Assembly (NCBI RefSeq): GCF_963921235.1
Contig: NC_086109.1
Coordinates: 3,474,001 to 3,538,000, forward strand
Source of the DNA: Mobula hypostoma
Lineage: Eukaryota
DNA: 64,000 nt
Direction of reading: 5' to 3'
Shown: piece by piece, positions 24,828-39,002 of the stretch
How the letters are laid out: each line of letters opens with the position of its first letter
Position numbering within the stretch: the stretch's first letter is position 1
Position numbers and translations under genes: made by a program
Notes under the pieces: generated by a model
The model's database searches: none
Told to the model about the DNA's origin: nothing
What the model saw: only the letters and a program-made list of their open reading frames with translations

Positions 24828-25470
24828 CAAAGTTCAAAGTAAATGTTATTTTCAGTGTACATATATGTCACCATATACAACCCTGAGATTCATTTTCCTG
24901 CAGGCATACTCAGCAGATCTATAGAATAGTAACTATAACAGGAATGATGAAGATCAACCACAATGCAGAAGACAACAAACTGTGCAAATACAAATATAAA
25001 TAAATAACGAGAACATGAGATAGAATATAAAGAGTCTTTAAAGTGAGATCATTGGATGCAGGAACATCTCAACGGATGGGCAAGTGAGTGTAGTTACCCC
25101 CTTCTGTTCAAGAGCCTGATGGTTGAGGGGTAGTAACTGTTCCTGAAACTGGTGGTGTGAGTTCTGAGGCTCTTGTACCATCTACCTGTTGGCAGCAGTG
25201 AGAAGAGAGCATGGCCTTGGTTGTGGGGATTTCTGATGGTGGGGTTGCTGCTTTCCTACGACAGCATTTCATGTAGATGTGCTGAATGGTTGGGAGCATT
25301 TTGCCTGTGATGTACTGGGCCAAATCCTCTACCTTTTATAGGATTTTTCGTTCAATGGCATTGGTGTTCCCATAGCAGGCCGTAATGCGGCCAGTCATAC
25401 ACTCTCCATTACACATCTATAGAAATTTATCAAAGTTACTGAAGTAATGCAAATTTCTGCAGACTCCTAA
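24828..25470 (-). mobile_element. Rex/Babar 3' fragment nested in a CR1 fragment (~24350-25835)
   Basis: Reverse complement of the Rex tail family ending in aataaatttactttgaacttt; CR1 sequence continues at ~25478. Confidence 0.7.
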
Positions 25471-26567
25471 GAAAGAAATTATGAAAGGGATAGATGAGAT
25501 GGAGACAGAGAGGTTGGTAGGCTAGAATAGAACCAGGGGGCATTGCCTCAAGATTTGAGGGAATAGATTTAGGACAGAGATGAGGTGGATTTGCTTTTTC
25601 TAGAGAGATATGAATCTGTGGAATTTCCTGTCCAGGGAAGCAGTGGAGGCTACCTCGTTTAATATATTTAAGTCACATTTAGATAGATTTTTGCATAGCG
25701 GAAATTAAGGGTTATGGGGAAAAGGCAGGTAGGTGGAGCTGAATCCATGGCCAGATCAGCCATGATCTTGCTGAATGATAGAACAGACTCAATGGGTCAG
25801 ATAGTCACCTGCTGCTCCTACTTCTTACGTTCTTATCTTTCAGCCTTTCCATTCCAACCAGCACTTGAAGCAAATTAATAGTGAGGCAAATCCATCACAA
25901 GGATATTTAGAAATTTTCACTATTTAACAAAAATCAGTTCCATGAATACATGTAAATAGGCGTTTCAATTTTTTTGTAATTTCAGCCACAGTCTGAGTTT
26001 CTGACACCTCTCCTCAGTTGATTGCCACCTTGTGTGTCTTGCTGGTCAAGCTGTGCAGAGGCTAGTGTGACTAATTGAATTGTGGTGGGCTTGAAACATT
26101 CTTATCATCTGACTGTCACAGATTGTTCGAACAGTTCAGCACTGAAATGCCCAACGTTGGACAGCAGACAATTTGTGCACAGCTCTTTTGTGTCTATGTT
26201 TCAAACTAAATTGGACAGTTATCTACCCCAGTGAAAGTTGTCAGCTATCATTTTCACGTCAAAAAACCTCATTTTTCTCTTTCTTCTTTCTTAGTTAATG
26301 GAAGCACAGATTGTTGCTTTCCATAAAACCCTGTTAAGGTCCCTATCTCGTCTTTCTGTGGTTCCATCATTTCATGCTCTGTTCTTTTTACAGAATGTCA
26401 AAACAATTTTCAAACAAAAATCTGTAAGATATGAATGCCAGCTTGAGAATAAATCTATGAAGATGTAATTTTATTGAGTAGTAAATGAGCTAACCAGGTT
26501 TTAACAGTTCAATATGTCAGTATGCGAGTTATAATCTGCCCTGTAACTTCAAAGGTTCAAAGGGTTT

Positions 26568-27212
26568 TTTTTAGATTATGAGGACACGCAGTCCGCTTTT
26601 ATTGTCATTTAGTAATGCATGCATTAAGAAATGATACAACGTTCCTCTAGTGTGATATCACAGAAACACAAGACTGACCAAAACCGAAAAACCGACAAAA
26701 ACCACATAATTATAACACATAGTTATAACAGTGCAAAGCAATACCGTAATTTGATAAAGAACAGACCATGGGCGCGGTAAAAAAAAAGTCTCAAAGTCTC
26801 TCGAAAGTCCCAACATCTCACGCAGATGGTAGAAGGAAGAAAACTCTCCCTACCATAAGCTTCCAGCACCGCAAACGATGCAGCATCCTGGAAGTACCCG
26901 ACCGCAGTCCGACTCTCAGTCCGTCCAAAAACTTCGAGCCTCCGACACCGAGCACCGAGCACCATCTCTGCCGAGCGCTTCGACCCCAGCCCCGGCCGCC
27001 AGCAACAACAGGCAAAGCCAAGGATTTGGGGCCTTCCCCTCTGGAGATTCTCGACCGCACAGTAGCAGCGGCAGCAAACCGGGCATTTTAGAAGTTTCTC
27101 CAGATGTTCCTCCATGCTCCTCACGTCCATCTCCATCAAATCAGGATTGTGCACGGCCCCCTATTTAACAAATACGATATCATTTCACCGGAGCATCGCG
27201 CCGCGACCTTCT
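26568..27212 (-). mobile_element. Young, CpG-rich ~640-bp non-autonomous retroelement, unclassified
   Basis: CpGs are retained. The tail gacaataaaagcggactgcgtgtcctcataatctaaaaaa also occurs at ~34250-34297. It is inserted in the tail of another element. Confidence 0.55.
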
Positions 27213-27289
27213 TCATTTATTATCAAAGTATACAGCTCTGATATTCTTCAATTCTCCAGCTCGCCATGAAACCAAGAAAGAAAGGTAGC

Positions 27290-27620
27290 ACGATCGTCAA
27301 CCCCAAAATCCCACCTCCCCGCAAAAAAAAACAAACAAAACGGATCAGACACATTGACCCCAAATCCAACCTCCTGCACAAAAAAAAACCCAAACAAAGC
27401 GGATCAGGCACATCGAGCCCCCCAAATCCTTCCTCCTGCATGAAAAGAAACAAACAAAACTGATCAGACACATCGACCCTCAAACCCCATCTCCTGCACA
27501 AAAAACCCAAGCAAAATGGGTCAGGCACATCCAAATCCCTCCTTCTGCATAAAAAAAAATCAAATAAAATGAATCAGATGCATTGATCCCCAAATCCCTC
27601 TTCCCACTCACAAAAAAACT
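27290..27620. repeat. ~60-bp minisatellite, about 5 copies
   Basis: Unit aaaacggatcagrcacatcgacccccaaatccc-cctcctgcacaaaaaaa. Confidence 0.8.
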
Positions 27621-29246
27621 TGAAGATTGTGCAAAAATAACTCAGAATATAAAAACTACAAGACTGAAAGGAAAGTGTCTATAGTCCAAAGTCCAAATGC
27701 AAAACATAGAAGAGCCCGGACAACACTTTATTCTGTCCATGTTACATCATCTATGCCCAATTGGCTCTGCCTTCCCTCTAGTCATCCTCTTCACACAAGT
27801 GCCTTGGGGTTTCCCTTAATCCTACTCGCCAAGGCTTTCTCATGCACCCTTCTAGCTTTCTTAAGTCTATTCTTATGATTCTTTCTGGCTACCTCGTAAT
27901 TCTCTAGAGCCCTGTCTGATCCTTGCTTTCTAAACTGTAAGTAAGCTTCTTTCTTCCTCTAGACATTGTTCCATATCTCTTCTCAGACATAGTTCCCTCA
28001 CCCTACCATCCTTTCCCTGCCTCATTGAGACAAACCTATCCAGAACTCCATGCAGGCAAATGGGACTAATTTGGGGAGACTAGTAGACTGAAGGCCTGTT
28101 GCCATGTTGTATGACTCTAAGGTCACCCATCAGCTACCTCAGTTCAAGTGAGAACAAACTCATCCTGTCCAATCTCCCTTTATGACTTCCGCCTCCATTC
28201 AGGGCAACCTTCTGCATTCTCCCTATTGTGACCACATACTTGTGGTGACGGAACTGTATAAAATACTCCAAGGTCTAACCTTCTATGGTCTTGTCTTTCA
28301 CACCCCTGATATTCTTTGAGATTGGCCCTTGACACTGGTTCCTGTGTGACACACGTCATCTGTGATATATATCCTAATGTTCCACTTTCATCAGCAATTC
28401 CAGATCAGACTGTTTCATGGAGCTCCCTAAATATGGAACAGCGGTGAAAGGAAAGCATATGGCTTCATTTCAAATGTGAGGTTGCTCCACTGTGGAGTGA
28501 AATATCACAGAGTCTAAGAGCGTAACGAATCTTTTCCCTTATGACTTCTTTTGCCACGTAGCCTTGTACAGTTGTTGGTACAGTCATGTATGGTTAGCAT
28601 AAAGCTTTACACCACCAGCTGTAAGATCGGGGTTCGATTCCTACTGCTGTCTGTGAAGAAGTTGTACATTCTCCCTGTGACCATGTGTGTTTCCTCCAGG
28701 AGCTCCAGGTCACCCTCCCCCCCAAGTCCCACATTCCATAGACTTTAACCAATTTCCCCCGGGATCAATGAAGTATGACTATGACTATGACTTACAGTAC
28801 AGTGCAAAAGCACATTATATAGCTAGAGTGCCTGAGACATTTACACAGTACTGTATCTACTAAATGTTTACTAATATGAACAAAAACTTTAAGACTCTCA
28901 GATATTGCTGCTTCAAGGGCAATAAAGAGTTTGGAGATGAATATCTTTCCACCATGTGCTTCAAATGAAATCAAAATTCACCCAAGCAGGAAAAGATATA
29001 AAAAACAGCTTACCCAGATATATATACTGTATGTAGCTAAGCCTTTTGCAGAGTGCTGTACGGATTAGGGCCAGTAAGTTGTGGGCATGCGATGTTGCTA
29101 CTGGAAGCATGGTGATACTTGCAGGCTTCCCCCAGCACATCTTAGACTGCATTGGTTGCTGACTGAAAACAATGCATTTTCACTGTACTGTATGGTTTCA
29201 CGTACATCTTTGACTTTCTACCATCAGGCAGGAGACTCCAACACAA

Positions 29247-30073
29247 TTTAATGTGGATAAATGTGAGGTTATCCATTTTGGTGGCAAGAACATGAAAACA
29301 GATTATTATCTGAATGGTGGCCGATTAGGAAAAGGGGAGGTGCAACGAGACCCGGGTGTCATTGTACACCAGTCATTGAAAGTGGGCATGCAGGTACAGC
29401 AGGCAGTGATAAAGGCGAATGGTATGCTGGCATTCATAGCAAGAGGATTCGAGTACAGGAGCAGGGAGGTACTACTGCAGTTGTACAAGGCCTTGGTGAG
29501 ACCACACCTGGAGTATTGTGTGCAGTTTTGGTCCCCTAATCTGAGGAAAGACATCCTTGCCATAGAGGGAGTACAAAGAAGGTTCACCAGATTGATTCCT
29601 GGGATGGCAGGACTTTCATATGATGAAAGACTGGATCGACTAGGCTTATACTCGCTGGAATTTAGAAGATTGAGGGGGGATCTGATTGAAACGTATAAAA
29701 TTCTAAAGGGATTGGACAGGCTAGATGCAGGAAGATTGTTCCTGATGTTGGGGAAGTCCAGAACGAGGGGTCACAGTTTGAGGATAAAGGGGAAGCCTTC
29801 TAGGACCGAAATGAGGAAAAACTTCTTCACACAGAGAGTGGTGAATCTGTGGAATTCTCTGCCACAGGAAGCAGTTGAGGCCAGTTCATTGGCTAGATTT
29901 AAGAGGGAGTTAGATATGGCCCTTGTGGCTAAAGGGATCAGGGGGTATGGAGAGAAGGCAGGTACAGGGTTCCGAGTTGGATGATCAGCCATGATCATAC
30001 TGAATGGCGGTGCAGGTTCGAAGGGCTGAATGGCCTACTCCTGCACCTATTTTCTATGTTTTCATGTTTCTAT
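29247..30073 (+). mobile_element. Young 5'-truncated CR1 LINE with an open ORF2 C-terminus (243 aa)
   Basis: Uninterrupted KCEVIHFG...YKALVRPHLEYCVQFWSP...RTRGHSLRI...FFTQRVVNLWNSLP; (tttctatg)n tail. Confidence 0.9.
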
Positions 30074-33000
30074 AAAAACAGGAACAGTCAGGATGGGAAA
30101 CATTTCTTCCCCCAGGTCACTGGGCTTCTGAACTCCCTGCCGATTTGCATTCGAAGCGTTGCCGGTTAATCTGTTCTGTACCTCATAATGTTTAATTTAT
30201 GCCGTTCACTTAGTTTATTTATGTGTAATTTTGTCTGTAGATTTTATCCTTACTTTCCTAAGTTATTGTGTAATATGTGTGTTATGTGTACTACAGGGCT
30301 TTACACCCTGGTTCAGGGAAACATTCTCTCATTTGATGGTATGCATATATATATAGTTGAATGACAATAAACCTGCCTTGACTTGATTTGACATGTGTCA
30401 AACAAAGTTAAACTTGCCAAGCTGCTGACACCACTGCAGGTTTTGGTCAGAGATCTTTTATCACGTTTCCGTTTTAAACTGACCAAGGGTAACTTAGTTT
30501 GTGGGTTAAAAAGCTGCACTGAGGGTGGGGGAGGAGGTCTTGTTTGTTGGGTGGCTTCTAATGTTGATAGTGGGCATTCATCCAGCCCTGGTGATTGTGT
30601 CTTCCTTCATTGGACAGGGACTAGAATGGAATGGTGTCTTTGTCCATTTTGATTTTTTAAGAACAGATCAAACTATACCAGATCTTGAAGTCCGTTTAAA
30701 TCTTAGCAAGCTGACTCTAAAAGAATAACTCCTTCCCCCCTCCACAAAAACACACTTTACTCTGGGAGGAGTTTTTAGTGCAGGTTAAAGCAATGAATGT
30801 GTGTTTACATTTTCTTAGTGACCCTTCAGAAGTGTTCCCTAAGGAAAACTGCATGTATGTCCTTTAACAATCCATGACTTCCTCTCTCCGTTCACACGCT
30901 GTTCAAAGCCCTAATTCATGAACGGGCCGGTCTCCTGAGGGACTGCGCACTGGCCAAACATTTGGGTCACATTCCTTTGCACCACTGTCATCTGTTTATT
31001 AGTCAGGGTATGGTTGCACGCTAGCCTGACCACAGAGCAGAAGGTATTTCTTCAGTGACCCAGCATCTGGGTGTGGACACAGATGCCATGTGGTCATCTG
31101 GAAAAAGATGGGCACCAGCGAACAACACCACCATAGGCGACGTACTCCAGCTGGTCAACCAAACCATTTCTTTCACTTCTTTTTCTTTTAAGTGTGTTTG
31201 GAGCCTGGTTAATGGTGTGTTTTCGGGCTGATTGAGCAGTCCGGCACTTTGTCGTCTCCAAGAAGGTTCTGGGAAGTGAGTGGCCTTGAGATCAAGCAGC
31301 TCAGAGATGGAGCACGAGCCCGTGATCTACTCCATTTCTTGCCAATCTCGCCAATTAAATCATTGAGGAAGAGTACAGAAGGTGAGTGGGCGTTTAGCGC
31401 CGTCTACCAGTCTCTCTCGCTGTTGCTGGAAGAAGGCATCTGTCTGCATGTGAGGGTCTCTCTCTCTCCCTCTCACTTGCTGCTCCCAAGGGAAGACCCC
31501 TGCATTCAAATGGTTTCTCTCTTCCTCGATGCGGCCGGAGAATGGTGCCAAATTTCTGGGTCTGCAGTTTGTGAATTGGACTAATGGAAACTGAGCTGAA
31601 CTGAATATGATCTCTTTCGATTTTGTGTTTTATTTCCTGTGTTTTTGCTTGTTCTTTCTTGTTGCCATTTACATGATTTGTTTTTTTACTCAGTGGTCGG
31701 GGGGGCGGCTGATATTTTTCAAATCTCAGGGTTGTATACTGCGTACATACTTTGATAATAAATGTAGTTTGAACCAACGAAAGGGTCTGATTGAAAGGGC
31801 GGCTTGGGCCCAACATCGCTCATATTTCACCAGCTGAACGGGATGGAGCAAGGACTTTTTACTGGTCAAGTAGAAGTTTGAGGTTCCTTCCGTTGCCCAC
31901 TGCAGTGAGCAATATACTTGTAGTGCTTACAAAATTAGGGTGACAGGGCCCTTCGGGAAGAGTGAAAAACACACACTTTGCTCAAGGAGAAGTTCTAATT
32001 CTGGGCTGAATATCCTCCAGTGTTTGCATTTTGCTGATTCCATATGCAGCAATATGTGGTCAGTACCCAGGCAGTCCACAGCCTTTCCCTGTTGATTTAC
32101 ACACTGATTATAAACCACATTTGTTAAGTATTTCAGGATTACCTGTGAAATTCTTTAGGGATCTGAGTGATGAATACAGTGGCACCAAACTTCTGTTGGA
32201 GAGGTTTCGCTCTCACTCTTCCTTTTCAGAATCAGAATCAGGTTTATTATCACTGGCACACAGTACCTCATGAAACTTGTTGTTTTGCAGCAGCAGTACA
32301 GTGCAATGCATAAATTACAATAAGAAATATATTTGTAAATAAATAAATAGTGCCGAAAGAGTGCAAAAAAAAGTGAGGTAATGTTCATGGGTTCAGTGTC
32401 CATTCAGAAATCTGGTGGCAAACGAGAAGAAACTGTTCCTGAAGTGTTGAGTGTGTGTCTTCAGGCTCCTGTACCTCCTCCATGATGGTAGTAATGAGAA
32501 GAGATTATGTCCTGGGTGATGCAGTCCATCATGATGGATGCTGCCGTTTAGAGGCATCACCTTTTGAAGATGTCCTCGATGCCGGGGAGGCTATTGGCCA
32601 TCATGGAACTGGTTGAGTCTACAACCCTCCACAGCCTTTTCCAACCCCTCCATACTAAACGGTATTCCCCCCTTGAAAGCTTTGATTATTCAGATCTTCC
32701 TCCCACGTCGAACAGGTCAACACAATTTTTATTTAGTACGTTTCAATACCACAGTAAGTTTTTAGACCTTGGGTTTAAACTGAAGCAGAGCATGTGCTAA
32801 TTCTGGAACATCTGAAGACTCTGTTCAGCAAAGGCCAAGAATGGGGCCATAAGTATCCTGTAAAAACAAGCATGATTCAGTTAGCAACTGAGCGCTAGGC
32901 ATTCCAGACTTGGCAATCATCCTGCCAATTACTTGGCTCAATTCCCAGAGTTACTGCAAAGATTTAATATTCATTTATTTAGTTTTGGTTTTTAAGTGTC

Positions 33001-34296
33001 TCTTGTTTTTTAGGCTTGATTGAAGGAGAGAGTTTAGGGATAATTCATTGATCCAGGCTGACTGTGATATTGAGGAATACCACAGAGAGAATACAGTTTC
33101 TGTCATCCACTGATGTCCTGTATCTATTCAGATCACGGTTTTTTTGCCCTTTGTCATCAAATTTCTTCAGGTTTCTGACCTTCCCTGGAACAAATCCAAA
33201 CGCTTTTGGCAATTGACCCTCCCATTCAACTGACGAAACTGTCTGTCTTCATGTAAACGACACTCACTTGCACATAAAATGCTGGAGGAACTCAGCAGGT
33301 CAGGCAGCGTCCTTGGGGGGTAAAAAAGTACAGTCTACATTTCAGGCCGAAACATTTTCCTCCAGCATTTTGCGTGTGTTGCTCGGATTTCCAGCATCTG
33401 CAGATTTTCTCTTGTTTGTCACTCATCTCCCTCTGGAAGCAGCTTGATCGTCTCAGGTGATTTTCTGGTCGGGCTCAAGGCGTCTTTGTGGCCGCAGTCT
33501 GAGGAGAGCGGCTCTCTTCCGTGGCGCTCTTTTGTTTCTTTATGAAGCCTTTCTCAAACTGGAGTTGGGATATTACTGCGCGTGCAGGCTTCAAAGAAGC
33601 TAATAGTTAATTGTTTTCGTCTGAGATGATTGAGTTTATGCACGGGGTTGCTGTGGAGCTGAACCAGCTTTTAATGGACAGTGGATCACTGCCACTTTAT
33701 AAATACTAATTCACTAATCATGTCACCAGTCGGGATCGTCCACAATGAGCTGCGATAGGCTTTCATCTTGTTATTTACATCGTGTTCCCCAGAAACCTGC
33801 TGAGCTTCTAGTAGCAACACAATAAGAGTGAGTGGATTGCATTTGTTCCTGAATTAAGTATCTCTGGTGGTGCAGATGAGCTTGGCCTGATTCTCATCTT
33901 TGACTTAACCACGTCTGTTCAGCGTAATCGTGACCTGCAGAATAATGAACTGTTGGCGACTGATTGTGATTTAGTGATTGTGCGCTTGTCCAGTTTACCA
34001 TCTGCAACCTGAGGTCCATGTGCTGCCTGTGTTAGGGTAGTTCAGATGAAGGTCAGGCCACAGTGAGAGTCCTGTGTGTCGTTCCAGTCACTCACTATGA
34101 GACGAATGTGCTTGTGCTGGAGAGAGCAGCACAGTGGAGGTTCACAACAACTTTCCATGGACCAGTGGACATTAGTTATCAGAGAAGATTAGATAGGATG
34201 GGCTTCCTTTCTCTGGACTGAAGGATGCTGAGGGATGGTCTGATAAATGCACTGAATGACAATAAAAGAGGACTGCGTGTCCTCATAATCTAAAAA

Positions 34297-34773
34297 ACTG
34301 TGCAAGGGTCTTAAGCTCAAATATTAGCTCGGGTGCCTAAGACTTTTGGACAGTATCGTGTTTGTCAACATGGAGTGGAGAGCAAATTTGTAAATCTGGT
34401 GGGAGCAAAGGATGTTGGAATTGGCGAGGGTGGGGCACCACGGGATGGGTGAGGGACAGGTGGCAAAGGAGGAGTGCCAGGAGTGGGGGTTGGCAGACAC
34501 ACCCAGCTCTGAGACATCAAGCAAGGTCATTTGATTCAGATACTCTCTCTGGTGCTTCCTGCTCTGTATCGTCTCCTTTCCCCCTTTCCTAACCACGATT
34601 CCCCTCTCCCTGCCCCCTTCCCACTCTTCAGTCCACAAATGAGACCCATATCAGAATCAAGTTTGTCATCACTTGCGTACATTATGAAATTTGTTTTATT
34701 TTACGGCAGCAGTACAGTGCAATACATAAAATTACTACAGTACTGTGCAAAAGTCTTAGGCACCCTAGCTATA
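34297..34773. mobile_element. Second copy of the mini-MITE-flanked composite element
   Basis: Colinear with 4138-4647; the right mini-MITE is truncated by a SINE. Confidence 0.6.
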
Positions 34774-36059
34774 CAGTGGGAGGAATCCAGAGCACTCAAA
34801 GGAAACTCACACGGTCACAGGGAGAAAGTACAAGCTCTTTATGGCAGAGGTGGGAATTGAACCCAGATCACCAGCACTGTAAAGTGTCGTGCTAACCACC
34901 ACGCTACAGTGCCACCTGAATTGCTCAGTGATTTTTAGTTGCAATTGTCTCTGGATTTTTCTGGAAACTTTCTGCTTTCGGTGGTGGGTGTTTCATTCCT
35001 AGAATCTGGCTTTTAATTGGTTAACTGTTATCTGTTAAAATTTCAATGGAATTAGTGGTCTGGTATAAGAAGACCAGGCCATCTTTGTTTGCTGTCTTCT
35101 GATTTTTCTCCTTTGTCCCCTCTCTTTCCTCTTTGACCCCTGTTCTATTCTTCGTTCTTGCAAAACTGAATAAAATGATCTTAAGCAACAAGTTTTATTC
35201 CTCATTCTTAACTTCTGAAGTACCTTTGGATCACAGAAGCATCAGGGTCCCATAGTTACAATAAATAGATAGATAGTGGTCCAGGCTCAATGGGCCAGGT
35301 AGAGCGGATGTGGAGAGGATGTTTCCAAAAGTGGGAGAGTCTAGGACCAGAGGACACAGCTTCAGAATACAAGAGCGTCCCTTTAGAACAGAGATGAGAA
35401 TCTCTTCAGCTGGAGGGTGAGAATCTGTGGAATTCATTGCCACAGACGGCTGTGGAGGCCCAAGTGATTGGGTGTATTTAAAGTAGAAGGTTAATGGATA
35501 CTTAATTAGTAAGGATATCAAATGTTACAGGGAGAAGGCAGGAGAATAGGGTTGACAGGGATAATAAATCAGCCATGATCAAGTAGTGAAATAGACTTAA
35601 TGGGTCGAATGGCTTAATTCTACTCCTACAGTACTGTGCATATACAATATATAGCCAGGGTGCCTTACACTTTCACACAGTACTGTATCTACTAAATGTC
35701 TATCAATATTAACAAGAACTGTAGACTGACAGATATTGCTGTTTCAAGGGCAAATAAAGAGTGGATGGAGATGGATGTCTTTCCACTGTGTTTCAAATCA
35801 AATCAAAATTAATCTACACAGGAAGTGATATAAAAAGCGGACTTTCGAGTACTGTGCAAAAGTCTTAGCATCTGAGCTGCATATGGATGTTTTATTATCC
35901 TCTGCCATCAAATTGCTGAATGGACAATGAACTCATGAATAACACTGTTATTCCTTTTCATTTGCACTGTTTATGCATTTTATAATTTATTATATTTAAA
36001 CAACAAATTTCATGATATGTCAGTGATAGTGAACCTGGCCATGATTCTGGATCGGTTCA

Positions 36060-36490
36060 ATGGCTCTGGGCCTGTATTCACTGAAATTCAGAAGAATGAG
36101 GGAGGATCTCAGTGAAACCTATCGATTGGTAAAATACCTCGATAAAGTGGAGGTGGACTGGATGTTTCCTCTGGTGGGAGACTCTAAGACCAGAGAGCTC
36201 AACCACAGAACAGAGGGGCATCCATTTAGAACAGAGATGAGGAGGAATTTCTTTAGCCAGAGGGTGGTGAATCTGTGAAATTCATTGCCACAGGGGGCTG
36301 TGAAGGCCAAGTCATTGGGTATATCTAAGACAGAGGTTAATAGGTTCTTGATTAGTCAGGGAATGAAAGGATATGGGGAGAAGGCAGGAGATTGAGGCTG
36401 AGAGGGAACTGGATCAGCCTTGGTGAAATGTTGGAACTGACTTGATGGGCCAAATGGCCTAATTCTGCTCCTGTATCTTATGGTCTAATG
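36060..36490 (+). mobile_element. CR1 LINE 3' fragment
   Basis: LGLYSLKFRRMREDL...FFSQRVVNL. The same subfamily occurs at ~7890-8185, 14815-15050, 35285-35625, 40420-40830 and 61414-61875 (-). Confidence 0.8.
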
Positions 36491-36789
36491 GTCATAGAAG
36501 AACTAGGTTGATCATGCGACACTGAAAGTAGTCAGGTGTTCAGCAGGTCTTGGCAAATAATGTCTAACTTTGAGCCAGAATCTTCAAGGGATTGATGTAC
36601 GCCTCGAGACTGCATTTTGGAAAGGTGAAGAGCAATAGTGACGGATTTGCTGCCTTCATTGTGGTGACCCTGCCAATGGTTTGTGCTGGGTTACCATGCT
36701 AGATGGTTAAGCCCATCACCCTTACTGGGGCACAGGCCACCGACAGCTACTCACCTGGATCTTTTCATCTCTAATTACTAGTCAACTGG

Positions 36790-37912
36790 CTCAAATTTAT
36801 CACACCTCACTCCTTTAAACTTACCCCACTTTCTCTGCACCAATCCCAACCTTACCATCAAACCTGCTGTTGTAGACTGGCGCGCTGACAGCTGAGGCCA
36901 GGCGGCAACTCTCAGACACCTCCTCTTGCATACCACTTGAAGAGGACCTCACTTTGGACCATCAGAAAGCTGTCACTGACCTCATCATCTCTGGAGAACG
37001 CCCATCCACTGCCACCAAACTATAGTTCCCTTACCCAGCGCTGCTCAGTCCTACCCAAGATCCGCCAATTGTCTCTGCCTGCTCCTGCCCCATTGAACTC
37101 ATGTCCTCAAAACTTGACTCCATTCGATCGCCCCTGATTCAGTCCCTTCCCACCTACATCCGTGACACTTCTCTGTGACTCCATTGTCCATTTGTCCCTC
37201 CCCACTAACCTCTCTCCCAGCACTTAACCCTGCAAGCAGCCAAAGTGCTACTCCTTCCCATCCACCTCTTCCCTCAACTCCATTGAGGACCCCCAACAGT
37301 CCTTCCAAGTGAGGCACACTTGACCTGCAAATCTGCTAGGGTTGTCTAGTGTGTCCAGTGCCCCTGATGCGATCTCCTCCACATTGGTGAGACCTGTCAT
37401 AAACTGGGGGCCGCATCGTTGAGCACCTCCGCTCCACCCACCTAAAGCGGAGCTTCCTGGTGGCCAAGTATTTTAATTGTGATTCCTATTCCCGTTCTGA
37501 CATGGCCCTCTCTTGTGCCACCATGTGTCCGTCTCCAGGAGCAACACTGGGTACTGGAGCACGCCTGGGTAGCCTCCAACCTGATGGCATGAGTATAAAT
37601 TTCTCCTTCCGGTAAAAAAATTCCCTTCCCACTCTGGCCTCTTACCTCATCTCACCTAGCTATTACTTCCCCCAATGCCCCTCCTCATTCCCTTTCTCCC
37701 ATGGTCCACTCCCCTCTTCTATCAGATTCCTTTCCATCCAGCCTTTGCCTTTCCCACCCACCTGGCTTCGCCTATCACCTTATAGCTATCCTCCCTCGCC
37801 TGCCACCGCCTTTCCATTCTAGCATCTTCCCCTTTCCTTTCCAGTCCTGAGGAAGGGCCTCAGTCTGATTCACCTCCATAGACACTGCCTGACCTGCTGA
37901 GTTCCTCCAGCT
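36790..37912 (+). mobile_element. Internally deleted Penelope-like element (RT N-terminal remnants, GIY-YIG remnant, tail)
   Basis: Remnants NPNLTIKPA, AEARRQLSDTSS, LPKI, QSLPTYIRDT, LLHIGET and LGSLQPDGM, followed by the polypyrimidine tail with a degenerate hammerhead at ~37842. Confidence 0.7.
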
Positions 37913-38958
37913 TCACTATTTTAACCCCGGGCAGATTGGGTATGGCCCTGTATTAGAGCAGTTTGGGGTTGGACGTGTCCCTTGTGGGCAGGGAACAGCA
38001 GACTGTTGAAGTGACTGAAGGTTGGCGAGCCACAGAGGCAAAGATTTCAAATTAAAATCATCTACTCTGATCATCGTTGCCCGCTGGGAGTGGGTTCAAA
38101 GTTGATAGCGAGTCACCATTTGTCGCACTGATCTGTGTGAGTACACACAGTAACAGCTTTCAAAACCCTTTCAGTCTGTCTTCAATGAACATATACTGAC
38201 AGTTGTAAATTACTCTGCGTTTGATTGATAACTGTTTCATCAGCTGGGAGAGAAACCCTAGTGGACTGGAGAGCTTGGATTTTGTGATATTCCTGCACCG
38301 TTTTCCCCATTTTTCAACTGGTTATGACAAAAAGCCCTGTGCATTGGGCTGATGCCTCGGCTCCTTGTCTCAAGTACAGTGTGTATTTCTTTATAAGAGT
38401 TGATGCCGATGTGATCTCTCGCTGATTACACCTAACACAGACTAACAGCGTCCACTCAACACTGCAGTAATCCTTCATTCAATCCCCACACATTTAAGCA
38501 CCTGCTTGCAGCCAGATTCTGAGACATGAAGGTGACCAGGTTTTCTAATCCTTTGTGCTGAACCACGGAATGAAAGATATATTTTGCTGTGAAAATGAGA
38601 AAGTCTGCAGACGCTGGATGCCCGAAACAACACACACAAAATGCAGGAGGAACTGTACAGGATCGAACTAAGCAGCAGAGAGTTGTAAACTTAGCCAGCT
38701 CCATCATAGGTACTAGCCTCCAGGACATCTTCAAGGAGCAGTGCCTTAAAAAGACCACGTCCATCATTAAGGACCTCCATCACCCAGGGCATACACTCTT
38801 CTCAGGAAGGAGGTACAGGAGCCTGAAGGCACACACTAAATAATTCAGGAACAATTTCTTTCACTCTGACATCAGATTTCTGAATAGACATTGAACCCAT
38901 GAACACTACCTCAGTGTTTTTTATTTTTGTTTTTGCACTACGTACTTAATTGAACTAC

Positions 38959-38999
<41 letters not shown>

Positions 39000-39002
39000 A
39001 AA

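Noticed and set aside
26723..27168. Overlapping 80-143-aa ORFs
   Set aside because: They lie within a GC-rich young repeat, where stop-poor frames are expected.
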